Shown piece by piece: positions 12,380-22,899 of a stretch of DNA of 64,000 bases; within the stretch, counting starts at the first letter, position 1, and the number at the start of each line of letters is the position of its first letter. The notes under the pieces were generated by a model. It worked only from the letters and a program-made list of their open reading frames with translations. It was not told the DNA's origin and searched no databases. The DNA lies in NCBI RefSeq assembly GCF_037042905.1, contig NC_087245.1, positions 2,730,001 to 2,794,000 on the forward strand. Direction: 5' to 3'. This DNA is from Lytechinus pictus (taxonomy: Eukaryota). A program made the position numbers and the translations under genes.

Positions 12380-13294
12380 AAGGGCAAGGCCAGTCACAAC
12401 TCACAATCAATGCTAACACAGGCCAGGGAGAAAATTATGCACTTACCATGATTATATGGATGAAGGTCTATCCTGACCCCGGGGGGGCCACTTACATTGA
12501 CGAGTGGATACCATGCGCGACCAAAAAAAACACGTAAAAAGGATGTCTTTTTCAAGATAGGGCACGTTACATACGTAACGTGATAAGGGTGTCAAAAACA
12601 CAAAAATAATGAAAAAAGGGTATCTAATTCGCTAGGAAAGCTACGTGTTTAGGATCGAATTTGCGGGGATGATAAAACAAAATTAAAATGTTTTATAAAG
12701 GATGTCCTTTTTGCCCCAACACTACGTGTTTAGAGTCCGATTTGTGTGAGATGTGGAAGGTGGGGCCGTACTGTGTAAAGGTAAAACCCACGACGAACGG
12801 ACCCGTGATATAACAATAAAATATCGCTGTACTTGTTTAGGGGTTCATTTCAGAGAATACTTGCCAAGAGTATCGTTTTGTTTCCAATACTTGTTAAGTG
12901 TAGGGTTTCAGACGCCAATACTTGTTAAGGGGTGCATTTTCAGAAAATGGAAAATACGTGTTTAGGGTGCTTTTCGAGACCCCATGGTCGCGCATGGTAT
13001 CCACTCGTCAATGGAAGTGGCCCCCCCGGGATCCTGACACACAAATCCTGACATCGATGCGCAGATTGGAACCTCAAAAAAACGAAATATACCCTCGGTC
13101 TCGATTGGCCATTTTTGTTTTTGAATTTTGAAAGGAGAGGTATCGCGACAGAACTTTTCGTTTTTTGAGGTTCCAGTCTGTGCCTCGATGTCAGGATTTG
13201 TGTGTCACGATAGACCTTCATCCATATAATCATGGTAAGTGCATAATTTTCTCCCTGGCCTGGGTTAGCATTGATTGTGACTGGCCTTGCCCTT
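12380..13294. mobile_element. Foldback element with ~150-bp inverted arms, interrupted by a nested MITE
   Basis: aagggcaaggccagtcacaa...gaaggtctatc[insert]...tgacacacaaatcctgacatcga is mirrored by tcgatgtcaggatttgtgtgtca...ttgtgactggccttgccctt. Confidence 0.85.
12478..13030. mobile_element. Non-autonomous DNA transposon with CCCGGGGGGG termini and an 8-bp TSD
   Basis: ~45-bp near-perfect TIRs (cccgggggggccacttacattgacgagtggataccatgcgcgacc). TSD atcctgac at 12470-12477 and 13031-13038. Confidence 0.92.
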
Positions 13295-13976
13295 GGCCCC
13301 GAAACAAAAACTTTAGCGACTAATCACTAATTTGAAATCACAATTCTGATTGGTTCCTCGTCAGTCTGCTGAGCTTAATGAGCATGCAACAATGATCTTG
13401 ATACGCCATTTCATTTCATTATTCCCAGAGATGCCAAGTTCAAAAAAATTTTATGCGTGAGATTTTCATGACTCGGCGTCTCTGCGTGGCGCGGCCAGTA
13501 CTTACGCTTTGTACGTTTCGAAAAGGTGCTCGCGCGAGATATGGGCTTCTTCTTCTTCTGGAAACAGTACAGTCCACCGCCTGGTGTATTGTCGTACTGG
13601 TGAAGTGCAGCGTGCAAGTGTATGTACATTATTCGATAAAAAATTGCTTACAGCGTGCAAGTAAAAACAAGGCTTCATCATGATATCAATCCATACTACA
13701 AAACCATGCGATGCACACACGCGATTCATCGTATCACGTACTAGCTGTGCGCTGACTGTACTCTCGATTCGTCTCGTGCGCCGGGGTAGACGCGACGGCG
13801 TGCGGCCAGTGCGTATAATCTAGCGAATATAATGCTACTTTTATTTTTTCTGTCCCGATACGTGAGAGAAAAAGGTGCCATGCGTGAGACGGACCCTGAC
13901 TGCGTGAGTCTCACGCACAATGCGTGAGACTTGGTAGCTCTGTATTCCGTTTCGCTAACCTTTCTGTTACGGAGCC
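13295..13976. mobile_element. Harbinger-like MITE (same family as 6333-6486) split by a nested element
   Basis: Shares caattctgattggttcct..tcagtct and the gttacggagcc end with the 6333 copy. Confidence 0.78.
13426..13942. mobile_element. hAT-like MITE with a 6-bp TSD
   Basis: Termini cagagatgccaagt / acttggtagctctg, repeated subterminal gcgtgaga motifs, tattcc duplicated on both sides. Confidence 0.82.
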
Positions 13977-14309
13977 CTGGGGTGGTATTCTGAAAACGTT
14001 CTTATCTTTGTTCTTATCTTTTATCTTATCTCATTGAGATAAGAAGACGCTAAAATCATTGCAAATCGGTATTCTGAAAATCTTCTTAACGCGTTCTTAT
14101 CTTTGTAAGGACTGCCTCCTTCTTATCTTCAACACGCCCATTTTTAGGATATTACCAATCAAAATGCACTTTATATTGGCAGTTTAACCAATAGAAGCGT
14201 TCCTTATGTCAAGAGAATATCATGGGCGCTGTGCGTACACTGTTTCCTGCGCATTGCGCGAAATATGAATTTTATACGCAATGACTGATTATTATTTCGA
14301 GACACGTGC

Positions 14310-15580
14310 ACAAAATAAAGAAAGAAAGAAAGTAAAGATAAAAAGTAAATAAAGCAGGTACGAATAAAGAATAAAATATGAAGAAAGAAAGTAAGTACAC
14401 AGAAAGGTGTCAGAATGAAGCAGGAATAATAAAAAAGATGAAAGGAACAAAGCAAAAAATAATGAAAGAAATAAAGAGTAAACGAAAGTAAGCAAGCAAA
14501 AAGAACTTAAAAATAATAAAATAAGGAAAAAAATAGAACGATTATCAATGATACAGTGAGGAAGAAAAAATGAAGAAATAAAAGAAAGAAACTTAAAGGA
14601 AAAAAGTAAAAGGACAAAATAAAAAAGAATAAAAAGAGAGGAAAAGGAAAATGAACCAAAGAAATAAAGATGAGAGAGAAAAAATGAAAGGAAAATTAAA
14701 GCAAAAATAAAGATTACAGAAAGATAAAAAGAAAGAAAGGAAAATTCAAAGAAAGAAAAGGAACGAAAAGGGAAAATAAAAAGTCAGGAAAAGTGAAGAA
14801 TTAATAAAAAAAAAGAAAACGGAAAAACATTAATGGAAAGAATAAAGAAATAATTGATAGAAGAAAGACACAGAGAGGAAAGTAAAGAAAGAGAGTTAAT
14901 AAAGAATGAACGAAAAAAGAATGAGCGAAATAAAGAATAAAACACAAGAAAGAAAGTAAATAAGACACAAGAGTGTCAGGAAGCAGAAATAAAAAAAAAT
15001 GAAAGAAAGAACAAACGAATGAACGAAAAAAAAAAAAAAAAGAACCCAAAAATAAAAAGAAAAAAAAAGAAAAGAAAAAAAAATAAGGGGAAAAAATTAA
15101 TATTAACGGAAGGAAGAAAGAAAGAAAAAGGGGAAAAAAGGAAAAGCACATATAAAGACGAAAGAATTAAAGAAAAAATAAGGAAGAAATAAAAAGATTA
15201 CAAAAATGTGACGGAAGAAAGAAAAATGAAAAGAAAAGAAAAGGAAGAGAGAAAGGGGAAAGAATAAAAGCAGAAATAAAGACTTATTCAAGAAAAGAAA
15301 GAAAGGGATAAAATGAAAAGGGAAAATAACAAAGGAAGAAATATGAAGAATAAATGAAACAAAGCAAAAGAAAAGTAAAGAAATTAAAAGATTCAAAAGA
15401 ATAAAACAAAGATATAAATGAAGAATAAACTTAAAGAAAGAAAGAAAGACAAACACATAGAAAGGAAGAAAGACAGACAGATAGGAAGAAAAAGAGAAAA
15501 TGAATAAATAAAGAAAGAAAGAAAAAAGGGATAGAAAAAAGAGACGGGAAAATAAAGGGTGATTGAAAGAAAGGGTGGGA
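14310..15580. repeat. ~1.27-kb A/G-rich low-complexity tract
   Basis: Dominated by GAAA/AAAG/TAAA on the plus strand. It is the source of the Phe/Leu-rich spurious ORFs. Confidence 0.9.
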
Positions 15581-15828
15581 GGAATACTTGTGGGAACTTG
15601 TTACTAATAGTGGCCATCGATTTTAAGCAAGAGCGAACGCGGACATCGTGAGATGTGATAACCCTCTAGCTATCTTAAATATTATCATAAATATCGTGAA
15701 AGATAAGAAAGAGAAAAGATAAGAACGTTTTCAGAATACCACTTATCTTCATTTTGTTCTTATCTTTTTAGCGCGCTTTTGTATTATATGCGCGAGTAAT
15801 ACATTTACGCGCTCAGCATAGGATGTTT

Positions 15829-15953
15829 TACCTCGAGCAAAGTTCGTGCAGGCTCCACTCCACTTCACTACTACCGCTACACTACGCTTCACCTTCGGGT
15901 AGGTGAAGCGGTAGTGAAGTGGAGTGGAGCCTGCACGAACTTCGCTCGAGGTA
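15829..15953. mobile_element. 125-bp hairpin MITE with a 9-bp TSD (Mutator-like by TSD length)
   Basis: Arms tacctcgagcaaagttcgtgcaggctccactccacttcactac and its reverse complement. TSD aggatgttt at 15820-15828 and 15954-15962. Confidence 0.9.
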
Positions 15954-16268
15954 AGGATGTTTAGCAAGATAAGAAAAAGATACGAACAAAAGATAAGAAA
16001 AAGATAAGAACGTTTTCAGAATACCAATTTGAGATCGTGACGTAGATAAGAACAAAATTAAGATAAGAACGTTTTCAGAATACCGCCCCTGATCATTGGC
16101 ATTGCGGCCGGACCACCGCCCGATACCGGTACGAGCTGCGGGCGCGGCGCGGCCCCGAGGCTCAGAGTTAGGAGCCGTGGTCAGGAGTCAGCTACATACG
16201 GTACATGTAGTTACTTAAGTTATATCTGCGTGAACATACCCGAAACATACCATACTGGTCCAACTTAC

Positions 16269-16480
16269 AAGGGGATTCTTGGTGTGTCATATGTTATTCC
16301 CTGTCCATCACAGTATCCAATAACGCTCTGTGCACTAACGGTTTTTAAGAAATGTTATAAATACGAGGAAAAGCTCACAATTTCGTCTGAGGATGGAGGC
16401 CGAGCTTAGCTTTGTTTACGAAATCGTTCGTGGGAAATCCCGCATATTCAGTGTTGATTAACGTCGCCCTCTATCGTTTC
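16269..16480 (-). promoter_or_regulatory. Putative STX17 non-coding first exon and promoter
   Basis: The first coding exon starts at a splice acceptor, so an upstream exon must exist. There is a minus-strand |gtaagt donor at 16268, next to a CpG-rich patch (~16100-16170) and non-repetitive sequence. The TSS cannot be located exactly. Confidence 0.4.
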
Positions 16481-19272
16481 TTCGTCTTCCATTATATTAA
16501 CGTCTTTATTTTTCTTCTTCTTCTCCTTCAAGTTCCAACTTTCATGATACTATCATGATCTTTACTAATCACTCTTCTTTTCTATCCTCAGTTTGAATTT
16601 TGACTTAGGATACGGAGAGAAAGCTTAAAAAAAGATGATGATGATCCAGAGCATTTACATTGTGCCATATTTCTGTTAAAAATATTCAAAGGCACAGGTT
16701 CCTCCAAAACTTCACTTCTGCTGAAATTGTACGGTTATTGATCCCCGATTAAAAAAAAATCATGTGGGGGAACTCTGGCATAATGCCTACCCCCGCCCCA
16801 CGCAGGCGCCAAGGGGTCATCGCCAATTCGCCATCGTTGTTATTTTGGCACCTGTAGCATATACGCTACTTTCCAAGTCAAAAATAAATGATTATAGAGT
16901 ACGTGATACCATACTACATAATTATCTTAAAAAGATAATATCCAAAATTAATTCCAAAGAAATCATATTTAATCTTGGAGATTTGTTTGAATATTTTTTC
17001 TAACGTCGATTCAGTTTTAGTCTCGGCCTATTGCAAGAGAAATTCCAAGCCAGGGTAAAACATTTCTATAAGTGGCCATGAGCTTGAAAATTGAAAAAAA
17101 AAAAACCCAGACATTTGACTTTGGTATTTTGGTTGTAAAATTATGGGAAATTCAGGAAATGGCAGCCACTAGAATTGGATTGCGGAAAACATTCAAGGAG
17201 GATTCATGCGAAAATTAGTATGATTATATATTTCTGGACCTATACCTAAAGAAGGGCACCAGTCAGTGCAAGAAATTTTCCCTATAATGCACTTTGCCTA
17301 TGTATGCGTTTTCATGAACACAGAAAAGAAACGTGCAAATTAAGTATGTTGAATGTCTTTTTCACTGCAAAACAAACAAACAAAACAATATAAAAACCTA
17401 CATGACCGCCCATTGCACATTCTATTGTGAAGTTAAAACAATAATTAAACAGAAGACCTATATTGTAAATAATAAAAGAGGCATGTTATACATTTGACGA
17501 AATACTATTTTGTTTTTGTTTATCTGCTTATATTCCTCGAATTGTATATTTGTTTTGTATTATTTTGTATTTCTTGTTTTGAACAAAATATTGGCGAATG
17601 CCAGTGACGTTCTAAAAAATTCAATTCAATTCATAATCATACCAGTGCAGCCCATGTAGACCTATCACATGGGTATAATATAGTGCTCCATTGAATATGA
17701 AACTATAGATAATCGGCGCCTCATAAATGCTATATATTATTATTATCATTTACTGGAAATTATTTGAATGGAAATAACAAGTCCCCATCCCATTAACAAG
17801 CATGATTATAAAACAGACCTCTAACCATAATAGACCTATTGACTAATATACATTTAACTATTCTGATAGAATGATATAACCCTTATACTTATCTTCTTAT
17901 TTTGCGAAACTGAATCTCATAAATCATATTATGATAATAGCGGAACTATACAAAACGCGTTTTCCCCCATCAATCTTTCTCAAAATTCAAATTATTTCCT
18001 GAATACACTAAGTGAGATGAATGCATCAGTACAGTTTTCTCATCAAAATTCCCTGCCATCCTAATATGTCTCTCTTATTTTCTTGGTTTCAAAGTTCTAT
18101 TTGAAGATATTCTAATTTCGGTGTGTTTTCGTCATAATTGTTTTATTCAACCTTGCAAGACTTATCACTGGAGCCATTTTAAATTTAGATTTCAATATCA
18201 TTTATGTTTTATATTCAATTTATTTCATACGTATTTTTTTGTTTTTATAAATGTTTCTTTACACCTGCAAGTATGTATATTTATCAAAATGGAAATGACA
18301 CTGTTCATGCCATGATGTTTGTTTTGTATAAAAACAGGACAGACATTGCAACATTACTTTTTTAATGCTTATTATTGTGACGCCGGTGACGCCATTGTCT
18401 ACTCACTAGTAAGCCGTTCTTCATACCACGCATGCATTACGAGTCCCATGAACTGCCATGTTTTATGATGAATCAAGATTTTTTTTCTGAAGAATTTCTG
18501 TATGATATGAGTTTTAAATTAACAACGTGATACATGGGGTAATATACAGTGAGCCTTTGAAAAGGCAACTAGTTAATCATAAATGCTATACATTAATATT
18601 ATTACATAGGTTTTTTTTCGGGGGGGGGGGGGGGTTGTAGACGTTCTAAACTCCAAAACCTAAATAGTAAATGACTAGTAAAAGGTTACTTGGGTACAAA
18701 AGTTCGACTAGACATAGCTATTGTACTACTAATGCTAACAGATATTCTTGTCATTTCAACAAGTTTGTTTAGAAAGCAGGAGTAAAACTGGCGTGGCTGG
18801 TGGAATTAGGCGTAGTTTTGAGGCAGAGCACGAGAGGCGTATAGGTTTTTTTTCTGTTATTGGGTACTTGTTTTATTATGTCGTGTTAGGATGCTGAGAG
18901 GGGGTTTCTTAATTTATTTTTATTTTATTTTATTGATATATTCATATTCCACAATCATCAAAGTACATTTATAATAAATCATTTTAACACTGAAAAAAAT
19001 GCATAACACACAGGATTGAAACGTAGCAATGAAATGAAAAAAGTGGAGGGGCCTACTAAAAAGCAAAGCTTGTAAAATGTAGACCCCCTATCAAGATTTT
19101 ATACAAGGGTAATATGATATAAGTAGAGTAAAATAATCAGCAAAATTCTATAAAATTATATATAAACACTGTAACACAAATGTATTCACACTATATACAA
19201 AATTAAATATTGACTTTAAAATAATCAATACTACCGTGGGTAAGTATGAGGTTCACAAAATATTTGATTGAA

Positions 19273-22200
19273 TCAATAAGAATTCAGAATAAATTTTTTG
19301 ATGAGTAATTTAAATCGGTTTAGATTAGCTGCCTCTTTTATTACTCTATCCAGAGAATTCCAGAGTTTTGGTCCTGTGAAAAATACAGTTTTGCTAGAAA
19401 ATACTGTTCTACTTTTGGGTAAGTGATAGTCATTTGAATGTCTCGTATTATATGAATGTAAGGTATTGTTTTTCATAAATTTCTTTTGTAGGACATTAGG
19501 TACACTATTTCTATCTAGCTGATACATGAATTGGAATAGTTGCAAGCGATACAGGTCATTGACTTTAAGGATACGTTTATGACGAAACAATTCATCTGTA
19601 TGAGCTCTTAAGGACATATTGCATATTATTCTCAGTACTTTTTTCTGAAGTAGCAAGACTTTATTGAGTCTCGTTTGAGAGGCATTACCCCATGCCAGAA
19701 TTCCATAATTAAGATATGGTAGAATTAATGCACAATACAACATGGATAGCGCCTGTGATGGAAGAGCGTTTTTAAGCTTATTGATGACTCCAATATTTCT
19801 TGCCACAGTTTTGCAAATATTGTTGATATGAGCATTCCACGTAAGCTTGTGATCAATAGTAAGACCTAAGAATTTTGTTGTTTGCACTTCTTTGATTTCA
19901 GTATTATCTAAAAGTATTTGATGCGGTAGATGTTTCAATGAATGACTAAAAAGCATATAATTAGTTTTTTGCAGATTCAATGACAGTTTGTTGGCTTTAA
20001 TCCAGTTTGTTACTTTTTTAAATTCTGCATTCATAGTGCTCACAAGTACACGTGGATCATGATGTGTAAAGAAAATATTGGAATCATCAGCAAAGAGAAT
20101 AAATGAGAGAACATGAGATGAATTTTTCATATCATTAACATAAAGTACAAAGAGCAAAGGGCCAAGAATACTACCTTGTGGAATTCCACAGGAAACTAGC
20201 CTTGTTGGAGATTCTGATTCATTTACTGTAACAAACTGAATTCTATCAGTAAGATAACTCCTAAACCATTGTAAAGCTGTCCCTCTGATACCGTAATTTG
20301 ATAGCTTACATAATAGTATTTCATGATCTATTGTATCAAACGCTTTTGAGAAGTCGAGGAATAACCCTACGGTGTGATCAGAATCGTCAAAAGAAGTAGA
20401 TATTTTATTTATTAATGTCAATATAGCATGAGTTGTATTATGTTTTTCTCTAAAACCGAATTGATTATCACATATAATACTATATTTCTTAAGGAAAGCA
20501 ACTGTCCTTTTATAAATTATCCTTTCAAGAATTTTTGAGAACGAAGTTAACAAAGATATTGGGCGGTAATTACTAGTAATTAATTGGTCTCCCTTCTTGA
20601 AAATGGGTATAACTTTAGCTATTTTCATCTTCTTTGGGACCTGGCCAAGCTGCAACGATAAATTAAATATATGAAGCAGAGGATAAGCAAGAGAATGTAT
20701 AAGGTTTTTCACAACTCTATTTGTAATGCCATCATAACCGGGAGTCTTTTCTGCTTTCAAATTAAATACAATCTCAAGTAATTCTTCTCTATGAACTGGA
20801 GTAAGAAATATTGAACTTTCATTTTGTTTATCCAAAAAGTCCTTAAACGAATTTTCTACAGGCATAATATTTCCAGCTAACTTTGGTCCAATTTGAGAGA
20901 AATATGTATTAAATTCATTTGCTATAGAATGAGTATCTTCAACCATATTTCCATCTACACATAATTTATGAACAGCACTAGATTTGTTAATTTTGTTTAG
21001 GGCCCCATTTATTGTTTTCCATGTATTTTTAAGGTCGTTTTTATATGAATTTAATTTTTCTGAATAAAACCTCTTTTTTGCTATTCGGAGAGTAGTTGTT
21101 AAGGTATTTTTATAAGACGTGTATCTATTCCTTGAAATATCATTTGGATTTGATATATAAGAAACATACAGATTATTTTTCCGATTTATAGACCTTAATA
21201 TCAATTTTGAAACCCATGGGAGCTTTGGAACACGTTTATAATCGTAATTTCGATATTTCTTTAAAGGAACACAATAATCTAAGCAGTCATTGAAAGATTT
21301 CAAAAATATGTCAAATGAGTCATCGACATTCACATTCGAGTTATAAACGTCAGACCAATCAACAGAGCTTAAATCTTCTTGAAGGCGTTCAATATTTTTA
21401 TCACTAAAGTTGCGACAGATCCTATATTTCTTTTCCATTTTTGCGAGTGATTGCATTGTTTGGATATGGGTAAAAATAAGAAAATGATCGGATATGTCTG
21501 TCGTTACAATGCCAGCTTTCGGAAGAGGATGAGAGTTACAGAATATATTATCTATAAGCGTAGCAGAATGATCAGTAATACGGGTTGGTCTAGAAATAAT
21601 AGGCAAAAAAGTAGAAGATAACATTAATTCAAGGAAATAATTTGTTAAAGAGTGATTACTGGTCAATAGATTAATATTGAAATCACCAGTGATGATACAA
21701 TTGTTATTTATCAATTCTCCGTTTTGCAAAAGTTCATTAGTAGCAAGTAAAAAATCTTCTATACAAGACGTTTGAGGAGGTCTGTAGATGACACCTGTTA
21801 GAGTTTTCTTATCTTTTTGAATTTTTACTTCTACAAATAAGGATTCGATGATTTCATTCATATATTCAAATTCATGTCTAATTGCATAATCAAATGAAGA
21901 CGGAATATATAATGCTAGTCCACCTCCAATTTTATTTTTCCTATTGTTTATAACAATATCATAATTCGGGAGGGTGCATAAGGAATTCGGGGTTTCTGTG
22001 AACCAAGTTTCAGTAAGAGCAATAATTGGGGGATTGGCAAACTGTGTATTTTCTAATAATAATCGTAATTTCTCGAAGTTTTGGTTAGCGCTTCTTATAT
22101 TCAAATGCAAAATAAAAACATCATCTTCTCCAATCAATTTAGCATAGTCTTTGAATGAATTTTCTGTATAATATGGAGAAGAGGAAAGATTGTATGCTTT

Positions 22201-22380
22201 ATCATGAATATCGAATTCAACTTGAAGTTCATCAAAATTATTTGTAAGAATATCAGTAGAAAATCTATCAAATGGAGTATGATGATTTGAGATAACATTG
22301 CTTTTATCTTGATGATTTAGTAATAAGAAATCATCATTATTCAGATGATAAAAGGGGAAATCACGCATATTATCCACCAT
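19273..22380 (-). CDS. LINE ORF2: AP-endonuclease plus reverse transcriptase (1035 aa)
   Basis: APE motifs HLNIRS, LTETW, GGGLALY, IYRPP, GDFNIN, TLIDNIF, SDH. RT motifs NYRPISLL, QFGFR, FLDFSKAFD, GIPQGSILGP, FADD, KFLG. No stops. Confidence 0.97.
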   Translation of the reverse strand: MVDNMRDFPFYHLNNDDFLLLNHQDKSNVISNHHTPFDRFSTDILTNNFDELQVEFDIHDKAYNLSSSPYYTENSFKDYAKLIGEDDVFILHLNIRSANQNFEKLRLLLENTQFANPPIIALTETWFTETPNSLCTLPNYDIVINNRKNKIGGGLALYIPSSFDYAIRHEFEYMNEIIESLFVEVKIQKDKKTLTGVIYRPPQTSCIEDFLLATNELLQNGELINNNCIITGDFNINLLTSNHSLTNYFLELMLSSTFLPIISRPTRITDHSATLIDNIFCNSHPLPKAGIVTTDISDHFLIFTHIQTMQSLAKMEKKYRICRNFSDKNIERLQEDLSSVDWSDVYNSNVNVDDSFDIFLKSFNDCLDYCVPLKKYRNYDYKRVPKLPWVSKLILRSINRKNNLYVSYISNPNDISRNRYTSYKNTLTTTLRIAKKRFYSEKLNSYKNDLKNTWKTINGALNKINKSSAVHKLCVDGNMVEDTHSIANEFNTYFSQIGPKLAGNIMPVENSFKDFLDKQNESSIFLTPVHREELLEIVFNLKAEKTPGYDGITNRVVKNLIHSLAYPLLHIFNLSLQLGQVPKKMKIAKVIPIFKKGDQLITSNYRPISLLTSFSKILERIIYKRTVAFLKKYSIICDNQFGFREKHNTTHAILTLINKISTSFDDSDHTVGLFLDFSKAFDTIDHEILLCKLSNYGIRGTALQWFRSYLTDRIQFVTVNESESPTRLVSCGIPQGSILGPLLFVLYVNDMKNSSHVLSFILFADDSNIFFTHHDPRVLVSTMNAEFKKVTNWIKANKLSLNLQKTNYMLFSHSLKHLPHQILLDNTEIKEVQTTKFLGLTIDHKLTWNAHINNICKTVARNIGVINKLKNALPSQALSMLYCALILPYLNYGILAWGNASQTRLNKVLLLQKKVLRIICNMSLRAHTDELFRHKRILKVNDLYRLQLFQFMYQLDRNSVPNVLQKKFMKNNTLHSYNTRHSNDYHLPKSRTVFSSKTVFFTGPKLWNSLDRVIKEAANLNRFKLLIKKFILNSY

Positions 22381-22761
22381 TATGAAATATAATATATTGC
22401 CATTTTAAAACAAAATCTTTGTAAGCTAAACATATAAAGCATTTTTTAGATTTGATACCATCATGACCCAAAATTCGAGTTCGGAAAATACTACAGTTGT
22501 AATAGTTAACAAAATAAAGATTATCTAATACAATTATTAATGGGCGATGAAGAATATTTGCACACAAAAATAAGTAAAATGACCTCCATAAAATGTCTGG
22601 TATTGAAACATTATTGAAAGGGCAGTGAAGGAATGCAAAATATACCACGGAAAATAACACAGATATTGAACAATGCGAAAAATTTTGGGACGAGAATTTC
22701 ATAATAAATGAAAAGAATACTGGAAAATCGAATAACATGGAACGGATGAAGGATAGTCCTA

Positions 22762-22899
22762 CTACAGTTTGGAAAAGTCCTCTCTGGAATGAATGATGAT
22801 GGGTTGACACTTCTCATCCTTCCTTACATAGATTCGGCCATTCTGGGTCCACAAGAACTTGTATCCGGCATCTCGGCGGGCCTTGTTGAGATCTTTCAT
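22762..22899 (-). pseudogene. C-terminal remnant of LINE ORF1
   Basis: Manual translation MKDLNKARRDAGYKFLWTQNGRIYVRKDEKCQPIIIHSREDFSKL*. GYKFxWTxNGxIxVRK is the typical end of CR1/L2/Crack ORF1 proteins (recalled). Confidence 0.8.

Larger units (their letters stand above)
13980..16088. mobile_element. 2.1-kb Harbinger-like non-autonomous element containing a long purine tract
   Basis: TIRs gggtggtattctgaaaacgttcttatct / agataagaacgttttcagaataccgccc, ctg TSD (13977-79, 16089-91), repeated subterminal agataagaa. Confidence 0.85.

Noticed and set aside
14204..15617. Phe/Leu-rich membrane-protein-like ORFs
   Set aside because: Artefacts of the low-complexity purine tract.
19273..22380. RT as part of a retron, DGR or other novel defence system
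   Set aside because: The APE+RT architecture, ORF1 stub, 3' hairpin and tandem tail identify an ordinary non-LTR retrotransposon.
22370..22810. 146-aa hydrophobic ORF overlapping the LINE ORF2 start
   Set aside because: It spans the T-rich inter-ORF spacer in a different frame from the recognisable ORF1 end, and has no motif support.
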